A DNA stretch of 64,000 nucleotides from Vicinamibacterales bacterium (GTDB taxonomy: Bacteria; Acidobacteriota; Vicinamibacteria; Vicinamibacterales; CAVVIG01), in contig DASZFS010000049.1 of NCBI GenBank assembly GCA_035939575.1, positions 1,518 through 65,517 on the forward strand, read 5' to 3'. The notes below the pieces were generated by a model. That model ran no database searches and was not told the origin of the DNA. It worked only from the letters and a program-made list of their open reading frames with translations. The position numbers and the translations under genes are program-made. Each line of letters begins with the position of its first letter. The stretch's first letter is position 1. Of the stretch, positions 52,679 to 62,862 are shown piece after piece.

Positions 52679-52877
52679 CACGCCGCTGATGTCAACCGAC
52701 GATCTCGAGCTTCAGTCGCGCTGCACCTGTAGCTAGGCGTCCGCGCCTTCCCGCGTGCGGGCGCCTGTCCTTGTTCCGCCACTCCACTCGACCGCTGTCG
52801 AATCGCCGGGGACTCGTGCCTGTGCTCCGTGCGCCTGTCGTTTGAACGTGTGCTGTTGTTCGAAGGAGGCATGCTTG

Positions 52878-55800
52878 ATGAGGCTCGCCATCACCGTTTT
52901 TTCCGCCGTGCTGTTCGCCGCCGCTCCGGCGCGCGCGCAGTCGACGGCCACTCTGCAGGGGACAATCACCGACAGCCAGGCGGCTGTCATGCCCGGCGTC
53001 TCGGTGACGATTCGCAACGTGGCCACCGGCACCGAGCGCGCGGCGGTCACCGACGCCGCAGGCGAGTACGTCGCGGCCGCGCTCCAGCCAGGCCACTACA
53101 CGGTTGTCGCCCACCTTGAAGGCTTCAGGGATCAGACGAGCGAAGTCGACCTGGGGCCTGCGCAGACAGCGGTGCTGAACCTCAAGCTCGGTCTCGCATC
53201 GCTCGCCGAAAGCGTCACAGTCACCGGGTCGGCGCCGATCATCGACACGGCCACCGTTGCCGTCGGTGCTGCCATGGCCGAGCGAACCGTGCAGGAGATT
53301 CCGCTGAACGGCCGCCACTTCGTGGACCTCGGTCCGCTGATGCCAGGCGGCAGCACGTCGCCGCAGAACGCGGGACTCAGCGCGCCGCTGCGCGGCCAGG
53401 GCGCATTCTCGTTCATGACTGCCGGCAACCGCGAGACGTCCGTGAACTTCATGGTCAACGGCATCAACCTGAACGACCTGTCGAACTCGCAGGTCACGTT
53501 CCAGCCGTCGATCAACACGGTGTCGGAGTTCAAGGTGGACAACTCGACGTTCAGCGCCGAGTATGGGCGCAACTCGGGCGCGATCGTGAACGTCGCAACA
53601 CGCTCGGGCAGCAACCAGCTGCACGGCGAAGGGTTCGACTTCTACCGCGACCAGAAGTTCGACTCGCGCAACTACTTCAACCCGCCACCGGCCCCCCAGT
53701 CCGTCTTCAACCGCAAGCAGTTCGGCGTCAACCTCGGCGGACCAATCGTGAAGAACAAGATGTTCTACTTCGGCAGCTACGAAGGCCTGCGCCACCGCCA
53801 GGCAGTCGATCTGAACTCCGGCACGCTGAGCGACGCGCAGCGCGCCGCGGTCACCGACCCGCTCGCGAAGAAACTCCTCACGTACGTGCCGGTGGCGAAC
53901 GACTCCAGCGGTCTGCGCAACATCGGATCGGAGCTTGCCCCGGTCAGCATCGATCAGTCGACGGGGGACGTGCGGACGAATCTGCGGCAGAACGACGATC
54001 TGCATGTCTATTACGCGTTTCAGCGTGATTTTCGCCACGAGCCGAACGCGCAAGGCAACACCGTGGCGGGATTCGGCGACAACCGCGGCGGACACCGTCA
54101 GGTGTTGACGGTCAACGAAACGCACGTCTTCAGCCAGGCGCTCGTCAACGAAGTGCGCGCGGGCTACAACCGTATCAGCATCAGCTTCAATCCGAGCCTG
54201 GTTCTCAATCCCGCCGACCTCGGCATCAACGTCGGAGTCAACTTCCCGATTGGACTGCCGCAGATCACGATTTCGGGTCCGGGGTTGAACATCGGCGGCC
54301 CGGCGGGATTTCCGAGCGCCCGCGAGGTGACGACGGGTGCGTTCGGCGATACCGCGACCTACCTGCACGGGAACCAGATCATCAAGTTCGGGGGCGAGGT
54401 CCGTCGAGTCAAGCACAACAGCGTCAACGGGGATCCCGGAAGGTTCACGTATCCGAGCGTGGCGGCGTTTCAGCAGGGGTACGGCAGCGCGTTCTCGATC
54501 ACGCTCGGCGGCCTCTCGTACAACGCCTACGTGAACGCGGTCGGCGCATTCGTGCAGGACTCCGTCTCGCTCGGGTCGAATGTGAAGCTGGATCTCGGCC
54601 TGCGCTACGACTACCTCCCGTCGCCGACCGAAGGGGACAATAAACTGGTCGCGTTCGATCCGAGCTCGTCGTCGCTGATGCAAATCGGCTCGAACGGTTT
54701 TACGCAAGTGACGAAGAACGGCAGCGACTTCCAGCCGCGCCTCGGCATCATCTGGAATCCGACGGGCGACGGCAAGCTCGCCGTTCGCGGCGCGTACGCC
54801 GTGATGGTGAACCAGAGCAATACCGGCTACTTCGTGGGAGAGGCGAACAATCCGCCGCTCACCACGCCGCTGTCCGGGCAGGCGGCGGGCACGGCCGCGA
54901 GCAACATCAAGCTCGACAACGCACTCAACGGCGCGGGCGCGGCGGCCTTGGCGCCGTCATTCACCGACCCGAATTTCCTGCCGGGCCGGATGCAGACGTG
55001 GAACGTCAACGTCGAACGCGAGCTCGGCGGGACGGGCGTGATGGTCGGGTACTTCGGATCGCACGGCGACCGGCAGCGCATCCCGATCAACCTGAACCAG
55101 TTCACGACGCCCGGCGGCACCGTGCGTCCGTATCCAAAGCTGTCGGCCTCGAGCCCGATTCTCCCGGGCGCGACGCTCGGGAACATCACGGAAAGCACGA
55201 GCCTCGGCTGGTCCAATTACAAGGGCCTGTGGGTGACCGCGAACCGCCGGATGACGCACGGGCTGCAGCTCTCAGGTTCGTACACATTATCGAAGTCCAC
55301 GGACTCCAATTCGTATGATGCCACGGGCGCCAACAACAATGGCTCGCTGCAGGACAGTACCAATATCGCGGGCAGCGAAGGGCCGTCGGACTTCGACGTT
55401 CGCCATCGCGTGTCCATCAACGCGTCGTACGATCTGCCGTTCCACGGCAACCGCCTGAAGGACGGCTGGCAGGTGGTGGTCGTCGAGCAGGCCCAGACGG
55501 GCAATCCGTTGAACATCATTACGAACATCACGACGATCACCGGTGTCTCCTCAGTGCGTCCGGACCTCGTCGGCAGCCTGCCGGCGATTACCCCGACGGC
55601 GAACGTGGATCCCGTCACCGGGGCGGTCACGAGCTACCAGTGGTTCACGAGCGCCACTGTCTGCGATCCGCGCGTGGCCGGCCAGTGCACCTCGTCGACA
55701 CCCTTCGCTCTGCCGTACTCAGCGTCCGGCGTCGCGCATTTCGGAAACCTTCCGAGGAACGCGATTTACGGACCGGGTTTCGGTGACACAGACCTGTCGC

Positions 55801-56009
55801 TCATCAAGAACGTGACGTTGCAGGGCAACGCCCGCGTGCAGCTGCGGCTCGAAGTATTCAACCTGTTCAACCAGGCGAACCTCGGTCAGCCGGGATTTAC
55901 AGCGGCGTTCGGCAGCACGTCGTTCGGCGTGATCAGCAACACGCGATTCCCGACAGGCGATTCCGGCTCGGCGCGGCAAGTGCAGTTCGCGGCCAAGTTC
56001 CTGTTCTGA
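52878..56009 (+). CDS. TonB-dependent receptor-like outer-membrane protein with CarboxypepD_reg N-terminal domain
   Basis: ATG 52878 follows GAAGGAGG. Signal peptide MRLAITVFSAVLFAAAPARAQ, then TLQGTITD...GVSVTIRN..TG....TD..G.Y (CarboxypepD_reg), a plug-like region and a C-terminal beta-barrel ending QVQFAAKFLF. Confidence 0.88.
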   Translation: MRLAITVFSAVLFAAAPARAQSTATLQGTITDSQAAVMPGVSVTIRNVATGTERAAVTDAAGEYVAAALQPGHYTVVAHLEGFRDQTSEVDLGPAQTAVLNLKLGLASLAESVTVTGSAPIIDTATVAVGAAMAERTVQEIPLNGRHFVDLGPLMPGGSTSPQNAGLSAPLRGQGAFSFMTAGNRETSVNFMVNGINLNDLSNSQVTFQPSINTVSEFKVDNSTFSAEYGRNSGAIVNVATRSGSNQLHGEGFDFYRDQKFDSRNYFNPPPAPQSVFNRKQFGVNLGGPIVKNKMFYFGSYEGLRHRQAVDLNSGTLSDAQRAAVTDPLAKKLLTYVPVANDSSGLRNIGSELAPVSIDQSTGDVRTNLRQNDDLHVYYAFQRDFRHEPNAQGNTVAGFGDNRGGHRQVLTVNETHVFSQALVNEVRAGYNRISISFNPSLVLNPADLGINVGVNFPIGLPQITISGPGLNIGGPAGFPSAREVTTGAFGDTATYLHGNQIIKFGGEVRRVKHNSVNGDPGRFTYPSVAAFQQGYGSAFSITLGGLSYNAYVNAVGAFVQDSVSLGSNVKLDLGLRYDYLPSPTEGDNKLVAFDPSSSSLMQIGSNGFTQVTKNGSDFQPRLGIIWNPTGDGKLAVRGAYAVMVNQSNTGYFVGEANNPPLTTPLSGQAAGTAASNIKLDNALNGAGAAALAPSFTDPNFLPGRMQTWNVNVERELGGTGVMVGYFGSHGDRQRIPINLNQFTTPGGTVRPYPKLSASSPILPGATLGNITESTSLGWSNYKGLWVTANRRMTHGLQLSGSYTLSKSTDSNSYDATGANNNGSLQDSTNIAGSEGPSDFDVRHRVSINASYDLPFHGNRLKDGWQVVVVEQAQTGNPLNIITNITTITGVSSVRPDLVGSLPAITPTANVDPVTGAVTSYQWFTSATVCDPRVAGQCTSSTPFALPYSASGVAHFGNLPRNAIYGPGFGDTDLSLIKNVTLQGNARVQLRLEVFNLFNQANLGQPGFTAAFGSTSFGVISNTRFPTGDSGSARQVQFAAKFLF

Positions 56010-56116
56010 CAGGTCGGCGAGGTCAGGTCGGTCGAGCAGGCCAGGGGGTCGCGGGAGACTACGCGCATGCGAATGTCGCGACGGCGCTCTCGCGAACCTC
56101 CTGGAGCACCGGGACG

Positions 56117-56626
56117 TTACGGCTTCCGTGTTCTGGCAAGGCGAAAGATCATCTCCGTGTCGGCGCCAGCTCGCCGCCACGTCCAATGTTCGTCCACGTG
56201 ATCCTGATCCTTGAAATCGATCACCAGCTTGTGTTCATGGCCCTCCTCGAGACTCTCCAGATTGCCCGCGTCCTGAAACTCGAACACCAGGCTGGCGGGT
56301 TGGCCGGGACGAGGGATGGCTCTCATCCGTGGTCGGTTGTTGGTCGGGCAGAAATGAACCAGCGTGATCGCGTCGCGATCGACGCTGTAGAGCGTGACCA
56401 TCTCTTCCATCCCGCTCGGCGCGAGCGTTTCCATCACCGCCGTGCCCGACGCGATGAGCTGGAAGGTAGATCGAACCGCCTGGCCATGCTCGTCCGTTCC
56501 GCGCCAATCTCCCGCAAGCGACCGGAGTTGTCGAAAGCTATCCGCCACGGTCGGCGGGGCGGCTCCCGCCCTGGCAACCTGGAAGGTCAGCGCACAACCG
56601 ATCAACAACGCCACAACGTATCTCAT
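56117..56626 (-). CDS. secreted hypothetical protein (169 aa)
   Basis: ATG 56626 (MRYVVALLIGCALTFQVARAGAA signal). No firm family. Confidence 0.5.
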   Translation of the reverse strand: MRYVVALLIGCALTFQVARAGAAPPTVADSFRQLRSLAGDWRGTDEHGQAVRSTFQLIASGTAVMETLAPSGMEEMVTLYSVDRDAITLVHFCPTNNRPRMRAIPRPGQPASLVFEFQDAGNLESLEEGHEHKLVIDFKDQDHVDEHWTWRRAGADTEMIFRLARTRKP

Positions 56627-56802
56627 GACATCCTCCGTGCGCCCGTCCCGTTCGTGCCCGTTCGGGACTGACCGGCCGATCGTACCTTCGACGGCCCGCC
56701 TGGCAGAATGACAACTACCAGACGATTTCTGCCATAATGCCGACGCGGTCATAGGTGCGATCCACGGTCAGAAGATCCCATCGCCTGAATTGTCGTCGTG
56801 TC

Positions 56803-57783
56803 ATGGTGTTCGTCGTCCCGCCGGCGGAGGAGCTGGACATCGTCGGCCCGTGGGATGTCTTCGCGAGCGCCAACGGCGCACTCGGTGACCACGGCCCCGC
56901 GTACAGAATCGAACTGGTCACGGCCGGAAAGCGACGAGTGTTCCGGGGCGATTCAGGGCTGACGATGGTCGCCGAGTCGGTCTACACGAACGTGTCCGGC
57001 GATCCCGACACGCTCGTCGTGGCGGGCGGCAGCGGCGCAACCGCGTCGCGTGACCGCGCCATCTCCCGCTGGATTCGGCAAAAGGCCCGTCGCGCACGAA
57101 GAGTGGCGTCCATATGCACCGGCGCGTTCCTGCTCGCTGAAGCGGGGCTGCTCGACGGACGACGCGCAACGACGCATTGGAAATATGCGGAGGAAATGGC
57201 CGCTCGATTCCCCAAGGTGAGGGTGGATCCCGATCCAATATTCGTCAAAGACGGCAACATCTACACGTCTGCCGGCGTGACGGCGGGAATGGATCTGGCG
57301 CTCGCGCTGGTCGAAGAAGACCTTGGCGGCGCCATGGCGCTGCGTGTTGCGCGGATGCTCGTGCTCTTCCTCCGGCGACCGGGCGGACAGGCGCAATTCA
57401 GCACGTCGCTTTCGGCGCAGGCCTCCGAAGTCAGGCCGCTTCGTGAGCTCGCCGTCTGGATGGCTGACAATCTCGGCGGGGACCTTTCGGTCAGCGCGTT
57501 GGCCTCTCTTGCTGCGATGAGCGAGCGCAATTTCGCCCGCGTGTTCACTCGCGAGTTCGGTGTGACGCCAGCGAGATACGTCGAACAGCTTCGGTTGGAG
57601 GCGGCCCGGCGTGAATTGGAGCTCAGCGACAAGGGCATGGAAGAGATAGCCATTGCATCGGGATTCAGCAGTGCCGACCTGCTTCGGCGTGCCTTCATGC
57701 GGCGGTGCGGCACGCCTCCTCGCAGCTATCGCGGCCATTTCGGCCGCGAGGCCGGGCCCAGTCGACGCCCTCGGCGCCGCTAG
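56803..57783 (+). CDS. GlxA-family transcriptional regulator (DJ-1/PfpI domain plus AraC-type HTH)
   Basis: The ICTGAFLLAEAGLLDGRRATTHW nucleophile-elbow region and the AraC HTH blocks (MSERNFARVFTREFGVTPARYVEQLRLEAARRELE; IAIASGFSSADLLRRAFMRRCGTPPRSYR) are present. ATG 56803 is preferred over GTG 56755. Confidence 0.88.
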   Translation: MVFVVPPAEELDIVGPWDVFASANGALGDHGPAYRIELVTAGKRRVFRGDSGLTMVAESVYTNVSGDPDTLVVAGGSGATASRDRAISRWIRQKARRARRVASICTGAFLLAEAGLLDGRRATTHWKYAEEMAARFPKVRVDPDPIFVKDGNIYTSAGVTAGMDLALALVEEDLGGAMALRVARMLVLFLRRPGGQAQFSTSLSAQASEVRPLRELAVWMADNLGGDLSVSALASLAAMSERNFARVFTREFGVTPARYVEQLRLEAARRELELSDKGMEEIAIASGFSSADLLRRAFMRRCGTPPRSYRGHFGREAGPSRRPRRR

Positions 57784-57797
57784 ACCCGGCCCCACGA

Positions 57798-59372
57798 TCA
57801 CTCGGTCTCCACGCCGCGCCACGCATTCACGATCTCCAGAATCGCTTCGGACGGCTCGGCTCCGGTCTCCCATTCGGTCGGTGAACCGGCATCGAGCAGC
57901 AGTCGGCCGGCCGCGGCGTGATCCCTGCCTTCGCGAGAGGTGCGGGACCCTTCGGCAGCCCAGATGAGCGGCTGCGCTCTGAACTCGCGGTCGCGGACCG
58001 ATACCGATGCGCCGTGCGACAGGAGCACCCGGACCGCGTCTGGCCAGCCCTCCATGGCGGCGACGTGGAGCGCCGTCTTGCCGATCGACTCGTCGCCGCG
58101 GTTTGGATCGAACCCGCACGCCATCATCGTCTCGAGCGCGGCGGTGTCGTTCCGCTCTGCAGCCCGGTACAACGCGCCGTAGTGTTCAGCGCGGATCTCC
58201 GCACGCAGTCCCGGGTGCCTCTCGAGCATCGCACTGGCCCCGGCCCCGTCGCCGCGACTGCACATCGCGACGAGCCGGTCCACGTCGGATGTGTCCGAGG
58301 CGGCGCCGTGCGCCTCCAGCCATTCCGCGACCGCTCGGTTGCCGTTCAGCTCAGCGACGGCATACGGAGTGCGGCCGTCGGCGCGACGCCGGTCGACATC
58401 GGCCCCGCGGCTCACGAGCTGTTCAGCCAACTCGGTTCCCCAACTCGCCGCGACGACATGCAGTGGCGTCTCGCCCGTGGCGGCGAATACCGGATCGGGG
58501 GTTGCCCCGTGCTCGAGCAGCCATCGCGGACCGTCCGCCGTCTTGGCCCAATGCAGGATCGCGTAGAGCGGCGCGGCGCCATCGGTCGCCCACGGACGAT
58601 CCACGTTCGCGCCGTGCGCGTGCAACAACGCGAGCGCGGCGACATCTCCGTCGCCCGCGGCGAGCGGAAGCGTCACGCCGTCGCTCGGATCGGCGCCGGC
58701 CTCGAGCAGCGCTTTGGCGAGCGGCAGCGATCGCACCGCGCACACCGCCCCCCAGAGCACGGGTCGCCGCACTCCGTGATGCAGCCACGGAAAGCGCAAA
58801 TTGGCGTCGGCGCCGAGCGCGATCAGGCGGCGCGCGACGGCCACAAGGCCGGCCTCGCGCGAGCTGGTTCCGCGGCCCACCGCCGAATAGCAGACGTAGT
58901 GCAACGGTTCCCAACCGCGCGGCCCGCCGGGCGCAGTGGCGAGCGCCGGTGCGGCGGCCAGCCGAGCGTCGACCGCGGCGGCATCGCCGAGCAGAAGCGC
59001 TGTGTAGAACGTTGCATTGGCGATTCCGGGATGAAGTGTGAGCAGCCGCTCGGCCCGGTCACGTCGCCCGCCGGTCGCGGCTTCAACGAACTGGTCGACG
59101 GCGGTCTCGAATCCGAAGGCGAGCTCCTCGACGCGCTCGCGAAGGGCGTTCCACGAGTCGAGGCCGTATTCACGGGCGATCACTGACTGGGCGTCGTGGA
59201 GCGCGATCGCGGCCCGCCCGAGGTCGGCGTCGGACCGGCGGGCGAATGCCGGGAGGATTCGGAAGCGCCCGAGGGCGCCGAGTTCGCCGGCACGGGCGGA
59301 GTGGAGCAGGTCTTTTGCCTGCCGCTTGAGTTGTTCCAGGCTGGGGCGTTCGGGTAGCTGCAGGGCCGCCAT
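57798..59372 (-). CDS. ankyrin-repeat protein
   Basis: Multiple ANK units are present (TPLHVVAASWGTELAEQLVSRGADVD, TALHVAAMEGWPDAVRVLLSHGASVS and others). ATG 59372 (MAALQLPERPSLEQLKRQAKDLL). Confidence 0.8.
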   Translation of the reverse strand: MAALQLPERPSLEQLKRQAKDLLHSARAGELGALGRFRILPAFARRSDADLGRAAIALHDAQSVIAREYGLDSWNALRERVEELAFGFETAVDQFVEAATGGRRDRAERLLTLHPGIANATFYTALLLGDAAAVDARLAAAPALATAPGGPRGWEPLHYVCYSAVGRGTSSREAGLVAVARRLIALGADANLRFPWLHHGVRRPVLWGAVCAVRSLPLAKALLEAGADPSDGVTLPLAAGDGDVAALALLHAHGANVDRPWATDGAAPLYAILHWAKTADGPRWLLEHGATPDPVFAATGETPLHVVAASWGTELAEQLVSRGADVDRRRADGRTPYAVAELNGNRAVAEWLEAHGAASDTSDVDRLVAMCSRGDGAGASAMLERHPGLRAEIRAEHYGALYRAAERNDTAALETMMACGFDPNRGDESIGKTALHVAAMEGWPDAVRVLLSHGASVSVRDREFRAQPLIWAAEGSRTSREGRDHAAAGRLLLDAGSPTEWETGAEPSEAILEIVNAWRGVETE

Positions 59373-59567
59373 GTGACCTCCATGCTGATCGCCAGCGGTC
59401 CGCAAGCTGGCCAGCACGGAAAAACGGCCGTGCAGTCACAAGATTGATGGGGTTGGACTCAGTCCTTTGCGCGGACCCGCGGGCGCTCCCGAGCGCGACG
59501 CACTAGTTTCGAGCGCCGTCTGGTGGGAAGTCAAGCGCCATGCCGTCCGGAGCAGCCTCGAGCGGGG

Positions 59568-62276
59568 CTACGGACTCTTGAGCACCGGAATGTCGTTGCT
59601 GATGCCCCACTGGGAGCCGAAATAGGTCCCGAAACCCGTGCTCGACATCAGGACGAACCAGTTGCCCGAGGCAGGCTGATAGATCGCGATGTCCGTCTTG
59701 CCATCGCCGTCGTAGTCGGCAGGTACCGTAACGGTCGGCCCCACACCACCCCACTGGTAATTGATGTAGGTCGTGAAGTTCGTGCTCGAGAGCAGGACGT
59801 ACCAGAAGCCTGTGGACGGCCGGTAGACCGCGACGTCGGTCATGCCATCGCCGTCGTAGTCGCCCGCCACTGGAATGTCGGCGCTGCCACCCCACTGGTG
59901 ACTCACATACGTCGTGAAGTTCGTGCTCGAGAGGAGGACGTACCAGACGCCGGCGCCAGGCCGATAGATCGCGATATCCGTCTTGCCGTCGCCGTCATAG
60001 TCGGCGGGCACGGGCACGTCTGTGCTGACACCCCACTGGTAGGTGACGGACGACGAGAAGTTCGTGCTCGACAGGCGTACGAACCACGCACCCGTCGACG
60101 GCCGATAGATCGCGATGTCGGTCTTGCCGTCGCCGTCGTAGTCGGCGGGCACCGGCACATCTGTACTGACGCCCCACTGGTAGCTGGCGTACGAGGCGAA
60201 ATTCGTGCTCGAGAGCAGGATGTACCAGGTGCCGTTGGCGGGCCGATAGATAGCGATGTCCGCCTTCCCGTCGCCGTCGAAGTCGCCGGACACGGGCACG
60301 TCAGTGCTTGTGCCCCACTGATAGGCGGCGCTCGCCGGGTAGTTCTGGCTGGACAACAGGACATACCAGACGCCGTTCGATGGCCGGTAGATGGTGATGT
60401 CCGCTCTGCCGTCGCCGTCGAAATCATGCGGCGCACTGCGTCGCGTGCTTGACGGGGTCCGGTTGTACAGGTAATCGTTGAAGAGCCATACACCCGCGAT
60501 TTGCGACCACAGACGCACATACACCGGACTGCCAGTCGGCAGACCTGGGACGACGGCGCTCAGACTCGTCCCTTCGTCGTGATTGAACAGGTCGACGCCG
60601 GCGAATGTCGTCCCTATCGACAACCGGTAGGCCGTCACACCCGTTCCGCTGGTCCACTGGAAGGCGACAGTGGATCCCGCGAATGTCGATCCCGGCCGCG
60701 GCGTCGTCAATTCTGCTGGCGTGGGCGCGGGGTTGATCGTGATCGCATACCCGGCGCTCCCGGTGCAGCCATTCACGTCGGTGGCAGTGACGGAGAAGTT
60801 GAACGTCCCGTGCGCCGAGGGTAACCCGCTCACCGTCCCGGCGCTCGAGATCAGCAGGCCGCCCGGCAGCGCTCCAGCGGTCACGGCGAAGGTCGTCGTC
60901 GAGACGCCACCGACTTGCGTGATCGTGGTCGCCGGGTACACGACGCCGACCGTCCCGATTGGGAACGTCGTGCCCGACAGCGTGATCACTCCACAACCCG
61001 CGATGGCAATGGTCGTCGAGACGATCTGGCCATCCACCTGGCCGCTGAGACTCGGGCTGCCGAAGCTGAATCCTGCCGTGTAGACGTCGACGGCTTTGCC
61101 ATTGACGGTCGGCGACGTTGGCGTCGCGAAGGTTCCGAGGGTCCCTGTGAAAGCGGCACTCGTTCCGTCCGGGATGGTCCCGCCGGATGACGTGTCCGCA
61201 TTCGACGAGTCGAAGGTCAGATCTGCCGTCACGGTCGACGACGCCAGCGGCTGTATTGTGGCGGGGGAGGCGCCGGCCTTCAGGATCAGTTGTGGAGACG
61301 TCGTCACCGGCCCGAAAACACCGTTCGGCGTGCCGGCGCATCCCGTTCCTCCAACGCCCGGTCCGAAGTTGCAGCCCCACCAGTTGTCCGTCGCCGCGAC
61401 CGTCCCGACGCTCTCGAAGATCGCGCTGCCGGTTGTTCCCGTGTTCCCGACGATCCGGTCGCGGCTCAGCGTGGATGCACTCGCACCGAACGGGACGGAC
61501 AGGCCGCCGCCCCGCCCCGCGCCGCCCGACGCGGCATTGCTCACCAGCGCGCTGCCGGTCATTGTCAGGCTGGAACTGTCGCCCACCACGGCAATCCCGC
61601 CACCGTCTCCGCCACCTGCGGTGTTGCCGGAAATCGTGCTCTTCGAGATCGTGAGCGAGCACAACACGCAGACGATGCCGCCGCCGTTCGAGCCGACGTT
61701 GTTCGAGACGGTACTGTTGTTCAGGGTCAGGCTGGCGAGCGCGGTCGTCCCCGCCGCGGCGTTGTACGACCCGACGACCGCGATGCCGCCCCCATCGTCG
61801 CGTGAACCGCCCTCGAGGGCAGTGCTGTTTCCGGTGACGGTGCAGCCGTTGAGCACGACCGTCGCGCCAAGGATGTTGAGGGCGCCTCCAAGCGACAGGA
61901 AGCCGCTGGCCAGGCCATTCGTGATCGTGAGGTTGTTGACCGTGAGCGCGAAACTGCCGACCACGTCGAAAACGCGATCGAGCGCACCTCCGTCAATCGT
62001 CGAGCTGTTGCCATCGATCGTCATCGGGCCGGTGATGGTGAGGCGACCGAGCGACAAGGCGTACGTTTGGTTGGCTCCGAGCACGACGTGGGCGGCCGGA
62101 TCGACGTTGGCCGCCGCAATCGCCGCGCGGAGCGAGCAACCGGAGACGCCGCAGGCACCCGCCACGTCAGCCGTCGTGGTGACGACGTAATTCGTCGCGA
62201 AGGCGGTGGAACTGAACACCGCCACCACGAACAGGGAGGCGAGCGCGGTCCGCAAGAATTGTCTCGCGTCGCGCAT
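59568..62276 (-). CDS. large secreted protein: CSLRAAI-type right-handed beta-helix, Ig-like domains, six FG-GAP/VCBS-like repeats
   Basis: Signal peptide from ATG 62276 (MRDARQFLRTALASLFVVAVFSSTAFA). GCSLRAAIAAAN plus Gly/Asn-rich beta-helix rungs, a putative Ig domain (LPGGLLISSAGTVSGLPSAHGTFNFSVTATDVNGC), and C-terminal 6 x ~47 aa D(Y/F)DGDGK.D.A.YRP..G.W(Y/F)VL.SS. Confidence 0.8.
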   Translation of the reverse strand: MRDARQFLRTALASLFVVAVFSSTAFATNYVVTTTADVAGACGVSGCSLRAAIAAANVDPAAHVVLGANQTYALSLGRLTITGPMTIDGNSSTIDGGALDRVFDVVGSFALTVNNLTITNGLASGFLSLGGALNILGATVVLNGCTVTGNSTALEGGSRDDGGGIAVVGSYNAAAGTTALASLTLNNSTVSNNVGSNGGGIVCVLCSLTISKSTISGNTAGGGDGGGIAVVGDSSSLTMTGSALVSNAASGGAGRGGGLSVPFGASASTLSRDRIVGNTGTTGSAIFESVGTVAATDNWWGCNFGPGVGGTGCAGTPNGVFGPVTTSPQLILKAGASPATIQPLASSTVTADLTFDSSNADTSSGGTIPDGTSAAFTGTLGTFATPTSPTVNGKAVDVYTAGFSFGSPSLSGQVDGQIVSTTIAIAGCGVITLSGTTFPIGTVGVVYPATTITQVGGVSTTTFAVTAGALPGGLLISSAGTVSGLPSAHGTFNFSVTATDVNGCTGSAGYAITINPAPTPAELTTPRPGSTFAGSTVAFQWTSGTGVTAYRLSIGTTFAGVDLFNHDEGTSLSAVVPGLPTGSPVYVRLWSQIAGVWLFNDYLYNRTPSSTRRSAPHDFDGDGRADITIYRPSNGVWYVLLSSQNYPASAAYQWGTSTDVPVSGDFDGDGKADIAIYRPANGTWYILLSSTNFASYASYQWGVSTDVPVPADYDGDGKTDIAIYRPSTGAWFVRLSSTNFSSSVTYQWGVSTDVPVPADYDGDGKTDIAIYRPGAGVWYVLLSSTNFTTYVSHQWGGSADIPVAGDYDGDGMTDVAVYRPSTGFWYVLLSSTNFTTYINYQWGGVGPTVTVPADYDGDGKTDIAIYQPASGNWFVLMSSTGFGTYFGSQWGISNDIPVLKSP
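59571..60428 (-). repeat. six tandem ~141-nt coding repeats (FG-GAP/VCBS-like units)
   Basis: Counted from the protein: units of 48, 47, 47, 47, 48 and 49 aa to the C-terminus. The DNA units are visibly similar. Confidence 0.85.
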
Positions 62277-62284
62277 GCGAGTGC

Positions 62285-62860
62285 TCAATTGCGGCTCGGG
62301 AAGATGCCCTGAAGCGCGATGCAATAGTTGAACGTCTGATACGGTGAAAGAATTGACACGGGGACGCCCCCACCGATCGCCCCTGCTGTCGCCGTGCCTG
62401 TGACCGAGATCGCGCCGGGCGCCATCACCGCATTGGCGGGAGCGTTGCTGTAGGTGGCGGTCACGCCAGCCGCTTCGACTGCCGGCAGGTTGCCGACCGG
62501 AGTCTGCGAGTTTCCGGCCGCGTTCCTTGCGTTGGCGGTCGCGGCCAGGTTGTTGAGCGCGATCGGATGCGTGTGCGCCGGCATTTCGTTGACCGTCAAC
62601 GAGACGTTTTCGGAACCGGCGGTCTGACCGAGGCTGTAGTTCGACAGCCCCGGTCCCTGGCCGGCGCCCACAGGTACCCGGCCGCGCAGGTCGGGCAGCG
62701 CAAATGTCTGCACGCCGTCACCGCCGTAGGTCGTCCCGAGCAGCGAGAAGAGCGCCGTGTTCTGCGCAATCGGAAGAAGCTGCCCCGCGCAGAACGCCCA
62801 GCCCAACGGGGCGAAGTTGTACGGAACGATGATGATCATTCCCAGGAATGGCTGTGACAT
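62285..62860 (-). CDS. phage-tail-collar-domain protein (MdpB-like)
   Basis: MSQPFLGMIIIVPYNFAPLGWAFCAGQLLPIAQNTALFSLLGTTYGGDGVQTFALPDLRGRVPVGAGQGPG...NEMPAHTH is the tail-collar signature. ATG 62860 lies inside ORF 62285..62944. Confidence 0.85.
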   Translation of the reverse strand: MSQPFLGMIIIVPYNFAPLGWAFCAGQLLPIAQNTALFSLLGTTYGGDGVQTFALPDLRGRVPVGAGQGPGLSNYSLGQTAGSENVSLTVNEMPAHTHPIALNNLAATANARNAAGNSQTPVGNLPAVEAAGVTATYSNAPANAVMAPGAISVTGTATAGAIGGGVPVSILSPYQTFNYCIALQGIFPSRN

Positions 62861-62862
62861 GG

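Noticed and set aside
52679-52877. Riboswitch (e.g. cobalamin) in the possible ~200-nt leader of the TonB-dependent receptor gene
   Set aside because: I could not find a B12-box or other recognisable riboswitch core by eye. It needs a covariance-model scan.
52692-54707. 671-aa minus-strand ORF opposite the TonB-dependent receptor gene
   Set aside because: Same reasoning: an antisense, Arg/Val/Asp-rich translation, while the plus strand encodes a receptor with signal peptide, CarboxypepD_reg domain and terminal aromatic residue.
62285-62860. Tail-collar gene as evidence of a prophage
   Set aside because: No capsid, terminase, baseplate, integrase or lysis genes are nearby. The neighbours are a beta-helix/FG-GAP surface protein and a 2OG oxygenase.
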